Assembly: GCA_000004695.1 (NCBI GenBank)
Contig: CM000151.3
Location: 6,208,001 to 6,272,000, forward strand
Direction: 5' to 3'
From: Dictyostelium discoideum
Lineage: Eukaryota
DNA length: 64,000 nt
Each line of letters starts with the position of its first letter. Within the stretch, counting starts at the first letter, position 1. Shown here piece by piece: positions 1 to 14,653 of this stretch. The notes beneath the pieces were generated by a model. It made no database searches, was not told the DNA's origin, and saw only the letters and a program-made list of their open reading frames with translations. The position numbers were made by a program, and so were the translations under genes.

Positions 1-1
1 A

Positions 2-439
2 AATAATTTTAATGCGGTAATGGAGATTTTATCAGGCTTAAATTTAACACCAGTATTTCGTTTAAAGAAAACTTGGGAAACATTACCTCGAAAATATTTG
101 GCAACTTTTAGACACTTAAACTCTTTAATGGCTCCAAAATTCAATTTCAAAGTTTATCGTGACGTTTTACATACAAAGAATTTACCTTGTTTACCATTTT
201 TAGGTGTATATTTAACTGATTTAACCTTTTTAGAAGAAGGTTCTTTTGATCAAGCAGAGAATGGTTTAATCAATATTGTAAAGAGAACTCAAATTGCAAA
301 TATCATTCAAGAGATTCAACAATATCAACAATTATCTTATTCTTTTGCTCCTGTACCAATAATTAAAGATTTTTTACTTCAAATTGGTGGTTTACAAGAA
401 AGAGCTTTATATAAACAATCTAAAATTATTGAACCTTAA
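2..439 (+). CDS. RasGEF (Cdc25-homology) catalytic domain protein, 3' terminal part; CDS enters window from upstream (5' truncated)
   Basis: The frame is open from nt 2 and the ORF ends at 439. The translation carries the RasGEF C-terminal signature ...NLPCLPFLGVYLTDLTFLEEG... and ILSGLNLTPVFRLKKTWE. Confidence 0.75.
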   Translation, partial: NNFNAVMEILSGLNLTPVFRLKKTWETLPRKYLATFRHLNSLMAPKFNFKVYRDVLHTKNLPCLPFLGVYLTDLTFLEEGSFDQAENGLINIVKRTQIANIIQEIQQYQQLSYSFAPVPIIKDFLLQIGGLQERALYKQSKIIEP

Positions 440-675
440 AAAAAAAAAAAAAAATCAAAATCAAAAAAATTGTACTAAAAAAAACCATTATAAAAATTAA
501 TTGTTATAAACTTTTTAATAAAATAACAAAAAAAAAAAAAAAACATCTAAATTAGTTAAATTACTGATTTAGATTAAATTTAATATTTTTTTAAAAAAAA
601 AAAAACATTTTATTTCTTATTTCTTTTTAAAAATACATTGATCTAAAAATAATAATTTATTTTTTAGATTTTATT

Positions 676-1272
676 TTAATTTATTGAACAACCTTTTTTT
701 TTATTAAAATCTTCGTCTTGATTGTTTTTATTTTTTGTAATATTATTAAATTGATAATTCTTTTTTAATAAAATATCCTCTACTAATGTGATAAAAGTTT
801 CTTCAACATTTATTGAATTTTTAGAACTTGTTTCAAAAAATTTCAAATTTAAATTATCAGCATATGATTTTACAATATTTGAATCAACAACTTTATTTTC
901 CAAATCAAATTTACTTGCAACAATTATTTTTATACAATCTTTTGGTGCTAATTTATTTGCTTCATTAAGCCAAAGTTTGGTATTTTCAAATGTTTCTTGA
1001 TCAGATATATCATATACTATTAAAATTCCATCTAAATTACTATAAAAAGAATTGTTTAGAGATCTGAATTTCTCCATACCTGATGTATCTGTTATTTGTA
1101 AATCTATACTTTCACCACGTATTAAAACTGTTTTATAAAAAAAGTGTTCACCCATTGATAGTTTGGTTTGTTCATAAAAAACATCATTAAAAAATCTATA
1201 TAATAATGATGATTTTCCAACATTCCAATCACCGATTATTGTTAATTTTAATTTAATATTATCTTTAATCAT
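676..1272 (-). CDS. Rab/Ras-family small GTPase, 198 aa, single exon
   Basis: ATG at 1272. P-loop GDWNVGKSS, switch II DTSGMEKF, G4 SKFD and G5 ETSSK motifs. C-terminus ...GCSIN. Intact ORF. Confidence 0.8.
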   Translation of the reverse strand: MIKDNIKLKLTIIGDWNVGKSSLLYRFFNDVFYEQTKLSMGEHFFYKTVLIRGESIDLQITDTSGMEKFRSLNNSFYSNLDGILIVYDISDQETFENTKLWLNEANKLAPKDCIKIIVASKFDLENKVVDSNIVKSYADNLNLKFFETSSKNSINVEETFITLVEDILLKKNYQFNNITKNKNNQDEDFNKKKGCSIN

Positions 1273-1433
1273 TTAATTTATAAATTTTCTCATTCATAAA
1301 AAAAAAAAAAAGATATAATTATTAATTTTTAATTTCGCTCGAAAAAAAAAAAAAAAAAATTAAATAAAAAAATTTAAAAAAAATTAAAAAATATAATAAT
1401 GAACAATGTTTTGAGATCAATGATTTTGTTTAA

Positions 1434-1469
<36 letters not shown>

Positions 1470-1874
1470 AATTGGTAAGATATTTCCATTTTTTTTTATT
1501 TTATTTTCTAATTTTTTTTCTTTTTTTTTTCAAACTAAATTAGGTATCAATTTCAGATTGCATACTACAGGATCAGTATTTTAAATAATGGGTCAAAGTG
1601 AATGGACTAATTTCATCACCAAGTTGCAACATAATGTAAAGAGTGTTTTTTTTTTTTTTTTTAAATTCTTTTTACATTTATCTATTTTATTGTTTATTGT
1701 AAAAAAAAAGATAAATGGGTAGCAGAAAAAAATTTTAAATAGTAATTCCCTTTTTTTATATTATTTTTTATAAAATGGATTATATCTATTTTTTTATATT
1801 TTCTTGTTGTCCTTCAAAATAAAAAACACTAAAAATGAATGATAAATAATTAAATTCTAAAATTTAAATTTTTG

Positions 1875-1924
<50 letters not shown>

Positions 1925-1941
1925 AAAAAAAAAAAAAATTA

Positions 1942-1949
1942 TCCCACAA
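1942..1949 (+). promoter_or_regulatory. DUSE-like motif TCCCACAA (Dictyostelium upstream sequence element of ncRNA genes)
   Basis: Exact match to the [AT]CCCA[CT]AA consensus, about 60 bp upstream of the GC-richer terminal-stem element at 2007-2094. Confidence 0.45.
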
Positions 1950-2006
1950 AATATAAAATATTATAAGTTTAAGTATTTTTTGATTAAATTTTAATAATAA
2001 TTCCCA

Positions 2007-2094
2007 AGGCTCCTTTACAACAATCTTAAACAAAATTAAAATTCTTACAAAAAATTTAAATCAAAATCAAGGACCCCCATATCCTGGAGTCTGT
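2007..2094 (+). ncRNA. Candidate small ncRNA (Class I-like): 5'/3' terminal stem, internal CCTTTACAACAA motif, followed by T-run
   Basis: 5' GGCTCC pairs with 3' GGAGTC. CCTTTACAACAA resembles the Class I 11-nt motif CCTTACAGCAA. A T10 run starts at 2097. DUSE at -60. No ORF. Confidence 0.4.
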
Positions 2095-2314
2095 TATTTT
2101 TTTTTTTATTAAAAATAGTTTTTTTTTACCACTATCACCTACAACTTTTTTTTGGGGAGTGCACAAATAATAAAAATTTAAAAGTAAAAAAAAAAGAGAA
2201 GAACCCACCAGCGGTGTATATAATTATTTTTAACCACTTCAATGCTGAAATTTTTACTTTTTTTTTTTTTTTATTTTTTTTCAAAATTTAAAATTAACTA
2301 AAAATTTAATTTAA

Positions 2315-2322
2315 ACCCATAA
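2315..2322 (+). promoter_or_regulatory. DUSE-like motif ACCCATAA
   Basis: Matches [AT]CCCA[CT]AA. About 58 bp upstream of the GC-richer element starting near 2378. Confidence 0.45.
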
Positions 2323-2377
2323 ATAAATCCTTATTCAAATACAAAATTGAATTTAAGATTTTTTTATTATTATTTTA

Positions 2378-2471
2378 TTGGATGGTTGGAGAGGAATTGT
2401 ACGTGCCATCCTGCAAACGTATCTCTAATGGCCAAGGTTAACGTATTGAGGGTGATTTCTCTACCACCATC
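2378..2471 (+). ncRNA. Candidate ncRNA of about 94 nt with a 12-bp terminal stem, ending in a poly-T terminator
   Basis: 5' GATGGTTGGAGAG pairs with 3' CTCTACCACCATC (two 1-nt bulges). The segment is the only non-AT-rich stretch here. T17 run at 2472-2488. DUSE at -58. No ORF. Confidence 0.4.
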
Positions 2472-2609
2472 TTTTTTTTTTTTTTTTATAAAAAAAAAGA
2501 TTATATAATTAAATAATTTTATAAAATTTTTAAAAAATCTAAGGAATTATTAATTTTTGAAAAATAAAAATAAATGTTTATTTAATTATTTGTGGATTAA
2601 TTTTGATTA

Positions 2610-3481
2610 TTAAACTTTTAAAACATTAATAATATCTCCAACTGAAATTTCAGAACCATTAGCCTCATTTTCAAATTCTTGAATAAATTCAGCACCAAAT
2701 AAAAGACCACTATCAAATTTACGGAAAGTTTCTAATGTACGTAATGGTTCATTATCGTCATATGGATTGAGAACACCAGCATCGTAATCTACTGTTGTTA
2801 ATTTACATCTTGGACAACCTGCTGATAATTTCTTTAAAACTAATCCTGAAATATTGATTTTTTCCCATGTATCTTCTTCAAATGATTTATCACCAGCACT
2901 AACTAAAATATTTGGTCTAAATCTTTCCCATGTAAGTGGAGATCTTTGTTCTTCACCATTAGATTTACGAGTTTCAGAAATACGATTATTTAATTCAACA
3001 ATACTTGATTCTGATAAAATATTAGTTTGTGATCCATCACATAATGAAACTTGATGAATTTCTTCGGGTTGTTGTTGTTTTTTATCAATATAAACAGTAT
3101 CAACTTTTCTAGTGTAACTTCCACCTGATGCCATTGTTACTAATCTAACACCATCAATACCTAAATAATTTGAAAACCAAATACTTGGTTCTTCACCACA
3201 ATCTACTACATTTACATTATCTTTCCAAATTCCAACATTAATAACTTCCTTTCTACTAGTGTCATTAATTAAAACACGAAGTTCACTAGTGGTGTTATCT
3301 TTATCTTTAATAATTAACCATTTACCATCCTCTGAAATATTTGGTTGAATTAATGCCATTTTTGGTGCTTTTCTTTGAGTCATAAATCTGCCATTTTCAA
3401 TTAACATAAATCTTCTATCATTAACAAATCCATATTTATCCCATTTACATGATTTAACTTCAATTCCTTTACATGATTTAA
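2610..3481 (-). CDS. MOSC-domain protein (mARC / MoCo-sulfurase C-terminal-like), exon 2 of 2
   Basis: MOSC_N beta-barrel start (YP)IKSCKGIEV..DRRFML, and MOSC signature ...GCPRCKLTTVDYDAG...LRTLETFR. Acceptor tatag|TT at 3481. Phase matches exon 1. Confidence 0.8.
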
Positions 3482-3540
3482 CTATAATGATTTTTTCCAA
3501 AAAAAAAAAAAAAAAAAAAAATGTGTAAACATTAATATAA

Positions 3541-3551
3541 TTATAATAGTA

Positions 3552-3640
<89 letters not shown>
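3541..3640. repeat. (TAA)n microsatellite, about 33 units (within MOSC intron 1)
   Basis: Perfect TAA repeats visible directly in the sequence. Confidence 0.95.
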
Positions 3641-3641
<1 letters not shown>

Positions 3642-3652
3642 TTAATACAAAC

Positions 3653-3824
3653 TTGGATAAATTATAATTTTCTTAATTTTAATTTTTTGGTCTGATGAAC
3701 AACTATCTAATTTTAAATTGTTATTATTATAGAATGCATATGCATTCAAAGCTAAAATACCAGCACCAATAAAAAAATTAATATTTGATTTAACAAATTC
3801 AATCAATAAATTATTTGTTGACAT
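3653..3824 (-). CDS. MOSC-domain protein exon 1 of 2 (N-terminal TM anchor)
   Basis: Real ATG at 3824. Encodes TM helix NFFIGAGILALNAYAFY and ends ...KKIIIYP. Donor A|GTTTGT at 3652; the spliced product reads IYP-I-KSCKG, matching the mARC WIYPVKSCKG motif. The intron contains (TAA)33. Confidence 0.55.
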
Positions 3825-4056
3825 TTTTTATTATATTGATGTTGTGTTCACAAAAATCCTTTAAAAAAAAAAATAAAAAATTAAATAAAAAATTAAAAAA
3901 AAAGAAAAAAAAAAATGATCAAAATTAAAAAAACAAAACTTCGAACACATCATTCGCTACGGTTTTTAAAAAAAATCTTTTTTTTAAAAAATGATTTTTC
4001 GAATTGGTTGTTTCTTCTTTTTTATTCTTTGTCTTTTTAAAAATTATAGCATGGTG

Positions 4057-4096
<40 letters not shown>

Positions 4097-4249
4097 GATT
4101 TTATTTCTTTTTTAAATTTAAAGAAATTTCAATCCAATAAAAATAAAAAAAAAAATAAATACCATTTGATTTTCATATTATAAAATCGTTATTACATATA
4201 AATAATTTTTTAATTTTTTTTTTTTTTAATTTTTTATTTTTTTTTTTTT

Positions 4250-4847
4250 ATTTATTAATTTAATTTATTATACAATTATTTTTTTGAGGTTGATTTGAAA
4301 TGAGAGTAGTTGTGTTGGATTTATTATTTAGAAGATCTCTTAGTTTTACACATTGTTCAGTCACTGATATAAAAGTTTCTTCAATATTAATGGATGTTTA
4401 GCACTTGTTTCAAATAATTTATAAATTCCAAGAATCAGCATATTCCATTGCCAATGAATGAACATCAACTCTTTGTGTATTTAAGATCCATTTATTACCA
4501 ATCATTATTTTAATTACCATTATCATTCGGGAGCAAATTCTTCATCATTCTGTTAACCACTTGTAATATAATTAAATGAAATTTGATCAGTAACATCATA
4601 AACGATTATAATTATATTTGAAACTCCAATTTTTTTAATGGTATTAGTAACTTTAAATCTTTGATTTCCTGGTGTATCAAGTATTTGTAATTTAATTGCT
4701 CTCCCTTGAATATAAAATATTTTATAACCTAAATCAACACCTATAGTGCTTATAAATTCTTCAATAAAATTATTTTTCACAAATCTATTTATAATATTAG
4801 ATTTACCTTTTTAAAAAAATTAAAACCAATAAATATTATTATCTACA

Positions 4848-4940
<93 letters not shown>

Positions 4941-4990
4941 TTAATTATTATATTAAGTTTTAATTACCAACACCAGAATCACCTATTACT
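4250..4990 (-). pseudogene. Decayed Rab-like small GTPase (paralog family of 676-1272), with intron carrying (ATT)30
   Basis: Reads FKIIVIGDSGVG|intron(GTAATT...AG)|KSNIINRF...LDTPGNQRF...VYDVTDQISFNYITSG, then a frameshift to WLTE*, a second frame NRMMKNLLPNDNGN*, and later FETSAKHPL... The C-terminus ends KNNCIIN, like GCSIN of the intact paralog. There is no in-frame ATG, and the G1-G5 motifs are split across 3 frames with stops. Confidence 0.5.
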
Positions 4991-5049
4991 ATTATTTTAA
5001 ATAGATACCTATATTGATAATATAATTTTTTTTTTGGTTAATTATTTTA

Positions 5050-5093
<44 letters not shown>

Positions 5094-6902
5094 ACCATTA
5101 CTCATATTCATTCATTCTTTTATATATTTCCATTAAATTTTGGAGCTATTTTTCTATCTAATCTTCATCAAAACCAATAAAATTATTATCACTCCTAGTT
5201 ATAAAATTTTCTTGCGCGTGTGAAATTGAATAAAACATAAAAAAAAATTGTTTTTTTATTCTTTTTTTTTTTTTTTTTTTGTGACAATGAATGTTTCAAA
5301 AAAATAATTAAATTTTATTTTGGAATTAAAAAAAAAAAAAAAAAATATCCGGACTACAAAACAATTAAAAAAAAAAATTTCAAAGAATAACAAACAGTGT
5401 TTTATTTTTTGAAAATAAAAATTTTAATTTTTTATTTTTATTTTTTAAAATTGTTTGAGTAGACTAAAAAAAATATTTAAAATATATTCAAATAGTATGT
5501 CAAAAAATAAATAAAAAAAAAAATGACTGGGATGTTCCAAATTGTATTATATATATTTTTTTGTAAACACTTAAAACACTGGAATCAATTCCCCTGTTTG
5601 TTTTATTTATTTATTTTTTTTGTTTAATTATTGGAATGACATTATTCCAAAGTAATTCGAAATTGTTCTTTATTTTTTTCATTTTTTTATTTTCATTTTT
5701 TTTTTTTTTTTTTGTTTTTTAAAAAAAAAAAGGCCCAAATTTGGAAAAGTATGAGGATAATTTTTTTTTTTTTTTTGTTTTTTTTTTTTTTTTTGTTGAT
5801 TTGCGACCCTCCAAATTTTCAAAACTAAAAAAAAAAATTAAAAAAAAAAAAAATTAAAAAAATAAATTAAAATAAAAAAATTGAAATTAAAATTTTATTT
5901 TTTTTTTAATTTATTTTTTTTTTTTTTAATTTGAATTATTTTCATTTAAAATTGGGATTTTTTTTTTAGATCAAAGAATCCCGGGATACCAGTAGATGTC
6001 GATTTGTTAACGTCAATTCAATTCACATTGTTTTTTTGGCCCATTTAATTTAAAAAGGTTTACAACTGAAAGACCAAAATTATATTATTTCTATTAAACT
6101 CAATTAAATATTATTTTTATTTATTTTTTTTTAATTAAATACAACTTTTTTTTTTTTCTATAAAAAAACAAAAAAACTTTTTTAAAACTTCACTTCAATT
6201 AAAATTACAATTTTTTAAAATAAAAAAAACTAAAAAAAAAACTAAAAAAATAAATAAAATAAAAGATATAATAATAAATAACAAATAAAAAATAAATAAA
6301 AATAAAAAAAAGATTATAATAAAAATAAAATTATATATCTAAATTAATAAATTTCAACATATCAAATTAGATTTTTTTTTTTTTTTTCATTTTAAAAAAT
6401 AATTTTTTAAATAATAAAAACATTAATAAAAAAAGATTGTACCATTAAATAAAAAATAATAATAATAATAAAAAAAAAAAAAAAAAATAAGAATAAAACA
6501 AATTCAAAAAAAAAAAAAAAATAATTAATATAAAGGTAAGAATTAAATTATTATTTTTTTGAGAAAAAAAAGAAAAAAAAAAACAATTAAAACACCCAAA
6601 ACACTACGATATCTCAATAATTCAAAGCCAAACAGATTTTCAAAAAAAAAAAAAAAAATAAAAAAAATATTTTTTTTTAAATTTTTTTTCTTCTTTTTTT
6701 TTAATTTTATTTTCTTTTTAAAATATAACTCTATTCAAAGGTATTAATACTGGTGATTTTTTTTTTTTTTTTTTTATTATTTATTTTATTATTTTTTATT
6801 TATTTTTTTATTTTTTATTTTTTTATTTTTTTATTTTTTTAGTATTTTAGACAATTTAGCGAAAATCAACAAATACATTTCAAAATAATAAAAATAAAAA
6901 AA

Positions 6903-7036
6903 ATGAGTGGATACGTTGGAAACCTTTCACCAGAACAAGAACATCAATTAGGTATTATTAAATCTAAAATTGCAGAAATTAATGATCCAGTTGTAGAAAA
7001 AGAAATTCAACAATTAGATGATTCTATGACCTTAAG
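6903..7036 (+). CDS. CRAL-TRIO (Sec14-like) lipid-binding protein, exon 1 of 2
   Basis: ATG at 6903. Donor AAG|GTATTG. The spliced protein gives the classic CRAL-TRIO N-terminal motif ...SMTLRFLRARKWNL. Confidence 0.8.
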
Positions 7037-7047
7037 GTATTGTATAA

Positions 7048-7083
<36 letters not shown>

Positions 7084-7174
7084 ACCACCATCAATTATAA
7101 ACACACAAAAAAATAAATAAAAACCTCAAACTAATCATCATTTTTTATTTATTTTATTTCATTTTAAAAATTAG

Positions 7175-7777
7175 ATTTTTAAGAGCTAGAAAATGGAATC
7201 TAAAAGATTCATTTGATATGCTCTATGAAGCATTAAAATTCCGAGCAACATTTCAAGATGTTGGAGTTGAAGGTATAACAGAATCAATGGTTGTTAATGA
7301 ATTAAAGAGTGGTAAGAGTTATTTCCATGGTGTTGATAAAGGTGGTAGACCAGTTTGTATTGTTAAAACCAGTAGACATGATAGTTACAACAGAGATTTG
7401 AATGAATCGATGAGATATTGTGTCTACGTAATGGAAAATGGTAAATCAATGTTAAAGGACGGTATTGAAACTTGTACACTTATTTTCGATATGTCTGATT
7501 TTAGTTCAAAAAATATGGATTATCCATTGGTTAAATTTATGGTTGAATTATTTCAAAAGTTTTATCCAGAATCATTACAAAAATGTTTAATTTTAAATGC
7601 ACCTTGGATCTTTATGGGAATTTGGCATATCATCAAACATTGGTTAGATCCAAATACCGCTTCAAAAGTTTCTTTTGTCAAAACTAAACAATTGGTTGAT
7701 TATATTCCAAAAGATCAATTAGAAAGTTCTTATGGTGGAACAAGTACATTTAAATATACTTATGAAGGAAAAGAAGT

Positions 7778-7787
<10 letters not shown>
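7175..7787 (+). CDS. CRAL-TRIO (Sec14-like) protein, exon 2 of 2
   Basis: Acceptor ttag|A at 7174. FLRARKWNLKDSFDML... Sec14 fold residues (LIFDMSDFS, FYPESLQKCLILNAPWIF). Stop at 7785-7787. Confidence 0.8.
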
Positions 7788-7815
<28 letters not shown>

Positions 7816-8011
7816 TTACTTTTAAAATATATAAATTGTAATAACAACAAGAACAACAACAATAACAATAACAATAATAATTTCAAAACCAAAAAAAAAC
7901 TTTATCCTTCAATTACCGAAATCTCCACTTTTAATTATTTTTTTTTTTGTTTAAAAAAAATAAATAAATAAATAAATGTATATATAATTTCTTAAAAATT
8001 TATTCTTTATT

Positions 8012-9418
<1,407 letters not shown>

Positions 9419-9775
9419 TTTTTATAGTATAAAAAAAAGAAAAAAAAAAAAAACAATAATAATAACATTTAAAAAAAAAACATAATAATAATAAATTAAA
9501 AATAAAAAAAAAAACAATTATAATAACATTTTAAAAAAATAGTTTAATTTATTTATTTTAGTAGTTTTAATACACACACAACACCACGAATTCTGAATAA
9601 TAAAAAAAAATTAAGACACTGTTTTTTTTTTTTATAAAAAAAAATTAATTATTAGATTATTAATTCCTTTCTTTTTTCATTTTCATATTTTTTTTATGAA
9701 AATAAAAAAAAAAGAAAGAAAAAAAAAAACAAAATAAAAAATAAAAAATAAAAATGCTTTTTAAAAATTTATTCT

Positions 9776-10072
9776 TTATATTATTTTAAAGTTTTTAAAT
9801 TTTTCAATTGAATCAAAGAATGTTGTAGTATCAGATTTACCTTTTGAGAGTGGACATAATAATAAAATTGATTCATTTTTAAAATAATCGTTTTTTGGAA
9901 TTATATCCAAAATATGATTAATTAATACTGTGGTTGGAGAAATTTCAACAAAAACTACTTTTTCACCTAAATTATTATTTTCAATATGATTAAATAAACT
10001 TTTAATTGATTGATTATATTTAACTGGAGCTCTAATATTTTGAAAAAGATACTCATTATCAAATAAAAATAA

Positions 10073-10142
<70 letters not shown>

Positions 10143-11062
10143 TGTTGGTTACTAATAACATTATTAACAGGAACAACAATAACATCATTATCTTGATTGT
10201 TATTTAAAACATTGAAAAATTTACAATTCACACATGACATCATTGGTACTATATTGGAATTTGATGAAGAAAATAAAGAAATTGGATTTTTTAAATAATT
10301 AAATTTTAAATTCATTATTTCATTTTTAACGATATCTTGTGAAGAAGTATGAAATGATGTTGGTACTGGTATCATTTTAGCAAAAATACCAGCATTTGAA
10401 ATTTCATTTGATAATTTTAATAAATCACTATTTTTACCACCAACCATTATAGAATTATCATCACAATAAATTGCAATTTCAATATTTTTATACTTTTTTA
10501 AATAATTTTCATTAAATTCTTTTTCTGTAATATTAATTTTACATAATCCATTTTCAAATTTATTAATATTATAAATGCAATTATCAATAATATTATTATA
10601 ATTATTATTTTCATTCAAAGATAATTTAATTGTTTTCTTTTGTAGGATTGATCTATTATATAAAATATAACAAGCACTTTCAAAATCTAGTAAACCAGAA
10701 CAATATGAAGATGCAATTTCACCACAACTAATTCCAAAATTATAATTTGGTTTAATACCATAATGTTTTAATAATTTAAATAATGAAATTTGAAACATGA
10801 ATAAAATTGAATGAGATAAACATTGTTCACTTAACTCTTCACTGTTTTTATCATCAATATTTCTTAATTTTTCAATCATTGAATATCCAAAATATTTTTC
10901 ATTCAACCAATTATCAACTCTATCCATTTCATTTCTAAAGATAATTTCATTTTCATATAATTCTTTCGACATACCACTCCAATGAATACCTTGTCCTACA
11001 AATATAAAAATAATATTTACTTTTTCATTTTCTTTTAAACCTTTTATATTATTTTCATTCAT
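9776..11062 (-). CDS. Stand-alone acyltransferase (AT-domain-like) protein, tandem copy 2
   Basis: Real ATG at 11062 (MNENNIKGLKENEK...); the ORF-track start at 11149 is non-ATG. FIFVGQGIHWSGM, GISCGEIASSY. About 85% identical in protein to copy 1 apart from the poly-N tracts. Identical 3' flank (aaaaatgctttttaaaaatttattctttat) to copies 1 and 3. Confidence 0.75.
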
Positions 11063-11639
11063 TTTTAATAATAATATGTAAACTTTATTTTTTTTTTTTA
11101 AAAAAAAAAAAACAAAAATAATAATAAAAAAAAAAAACAAAAAAAACAATTATAATAATATTTAAAAAAGGTTTAATTTATAATATATATTTTATTTTAA
11201 TTTATTGTTTTATTACACATACATTTTAACTAATTGTTTTATTACAAACACCACTAATTCTTAATAATAAAAAAAAAAAAAAAATGAAAAAGACATAACC
11301 ACTGGTTATTTTTTAAAAAAAAATCCAAAAAAGATAATATAATATCTTTGAGATATTAAAAAAAAACAAGTAGAAAATAAATAAAAATAAATAAAATAAT
11401 TAATAAATATATTTATAATTTATTTATATTTCTTTCAAATAAAAAAAAAAACTTAATTGATTCATAGTAGAAAAAAAAAAAAAAAAAAAAAATGCTTTTT
11501 AAAAATTTATTCTTTATTTAATTTTAAGGGTGGTTAGATGTAAAAATTTCAGCTTTAATGTGGTGGTTTGTAGACTTTTTTTTTAACTTTTATTTTTTTA
11601 TTTCCTATAAGGCTCCCCTTAATTTTATTTAAAGTTTTT

Positions 11640-11938
11640 AAATTTTTTAATTGAATCAAAGAATGTTGTAGTATCAGATTTACCTTTTGAGAGTGGACAT
11701 AATAATAAAATTGATTCATTTTTAAAATAATCATTTTTTGGAATAATATTTAAAATATGATTAACTAATACTGGAGTTGGTGCAATTTCAACAAAAACTA
11801 CTTTTTCACCTAAATTGTTATTTTCAATATGATTAAATAAACTTTTAATTGATTGATTATATTTAATTGGAGCTCTAATATTTTGAAAAAGATATTCATT
11901 ATCAAATAAAAATAAATTATTATTATTATTATTATTAT
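11640..11938 (-). CDS. Third tandem AT-domain paralog, 3' part only (runs into assembly gap)
   Basis: 11640-11938 is near-identical to the 3' ends of copies 1 and 2 (…LFLFDNEYLFQNIRAPIKYNQSIKSLFNHIENNNLGEKVVFVEIAPTPV…) and has the same 3' flank at 11491-11525. It is truncated by the N-run. Confidence 0.5.
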
Positions 11939-12038
11939 NNNNNNNNNNNNNNNNNNNNNNNNNNNNNNNNNNNNNNNNNNNNNNNNNNNNNNNNNNNNNN
12001 NNNNNNNNNNNNNNNNNNNNNNNNNNNNNNNNNNNNNN
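11939..12038. other. Assembly gap (100 N)
   Basis: A run of N characters, immediately after an (ATT)n tract inside the third AT-domain paralog. Confidence 1.
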
Positions 12039-12128
12039 TTTTAAAAAACATATTGTTATATCTCTAATATCACTATGTGGCGAATATAATAATGAACTAA
12101 TTGAATCTATAAATTCTTTATCAAAATA
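12039..12128 (-). CDS. Hypothetical HEAT/ARM-like low-complexity protein, exon 2 (3' end lost in gap)
   Basis: Acceptor aaaaag|TATTTTGAT at 12129. In-frame YFDKEFIDSISSLLYSPHSDIRDITICFLK continues into the N-gap. Confidence 0.4.
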
Positions 12129-12215
12129 CTTTTTTTTTTTTATTTTTTATTTAATAATTAATATATTAATGTTAGTTATTATTATTTTTTTTTTTTTTTT
12201 TAAAAAAAAACTTAC

Positions 12216-14009
<1,794 letters not shown>

Positions 14010-14653
14010 TTTTTAAAAAAAAAGTTGAAAAAAATGAAAAAAAATGAATTCCAAAAAAAAATATCTTTTGGGAAATAGGAAAAAAAAAAAAATTGAAAAA
14101 TAAAAAAAAAGTGAAAAATTAAAAAAAGTGAAAAATGAATAAAAAAATAAACAAAAACAAATAAAATATTTAAATAAAATATTTTATAATGATTATATTT
14201 TATTTTTATTTGTTTTAAATTATATAAAAAAAAAGAAAAAAAAAATAAAAAATAAAATAAAATAAAAAAAAACTTATTTGATTAGAGAATTAAAAAAAAA
14301 TAAATAAATAAAAAAAGAAAAAGAAAAAGAAAAATAAAAATAAAAAAAAATAAAAAAAAATAAAATAAAAAAAAATAAAAAATTAAAAAATTGAAAAAAA
14401 AAAATTGGTGGGAAAAATCTTTTGATTTTTGTCCTTCAAGCATAAATTAATCGCAACTTTATTTAAAGTGCGACAGCAATAGCAAAAAAAAAAAAAATAA
14501 TAATAAAAAAAAAAAAAAAAAAAATTTTTTTATTAAAACAAATGATAAATTGTATAAAGGTCGAATTTAAAAAAAAATATATATAAATTGAATTAATTTA
14601 AAACTATAAACAAATACAAATAAAAAAAAAAATAAAAAAAAATAAAAAAAACA

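Noticed and set aside
2140-2235. A third ncRNA at 2140-2235 (GGGGAGTGCACAAATAAT...CCCACCAGCGGTG)
   Set aside because: It has no upstream DUSE match, no terminal stem and no terminator. The GC-rich words alone are insufficient.
3498-3560. Treating the in-frame EKIIIV reading upstream of the MOSC exon 2 as coding
   Set aside because: It contains no ATG and runs into a T23 tract and (TAT)n. A clean splice from the real first exon explains the sequence better.
12147-12215. C-terminal tail KKKKKIIITNINILIIK of the 12147-14009 ORF
   Set aside because: A GTAAGT donor at 12215 and an acceptor at 12129 lead into a better in-frame exon, so the tail is intronic poly-A/T read-through.
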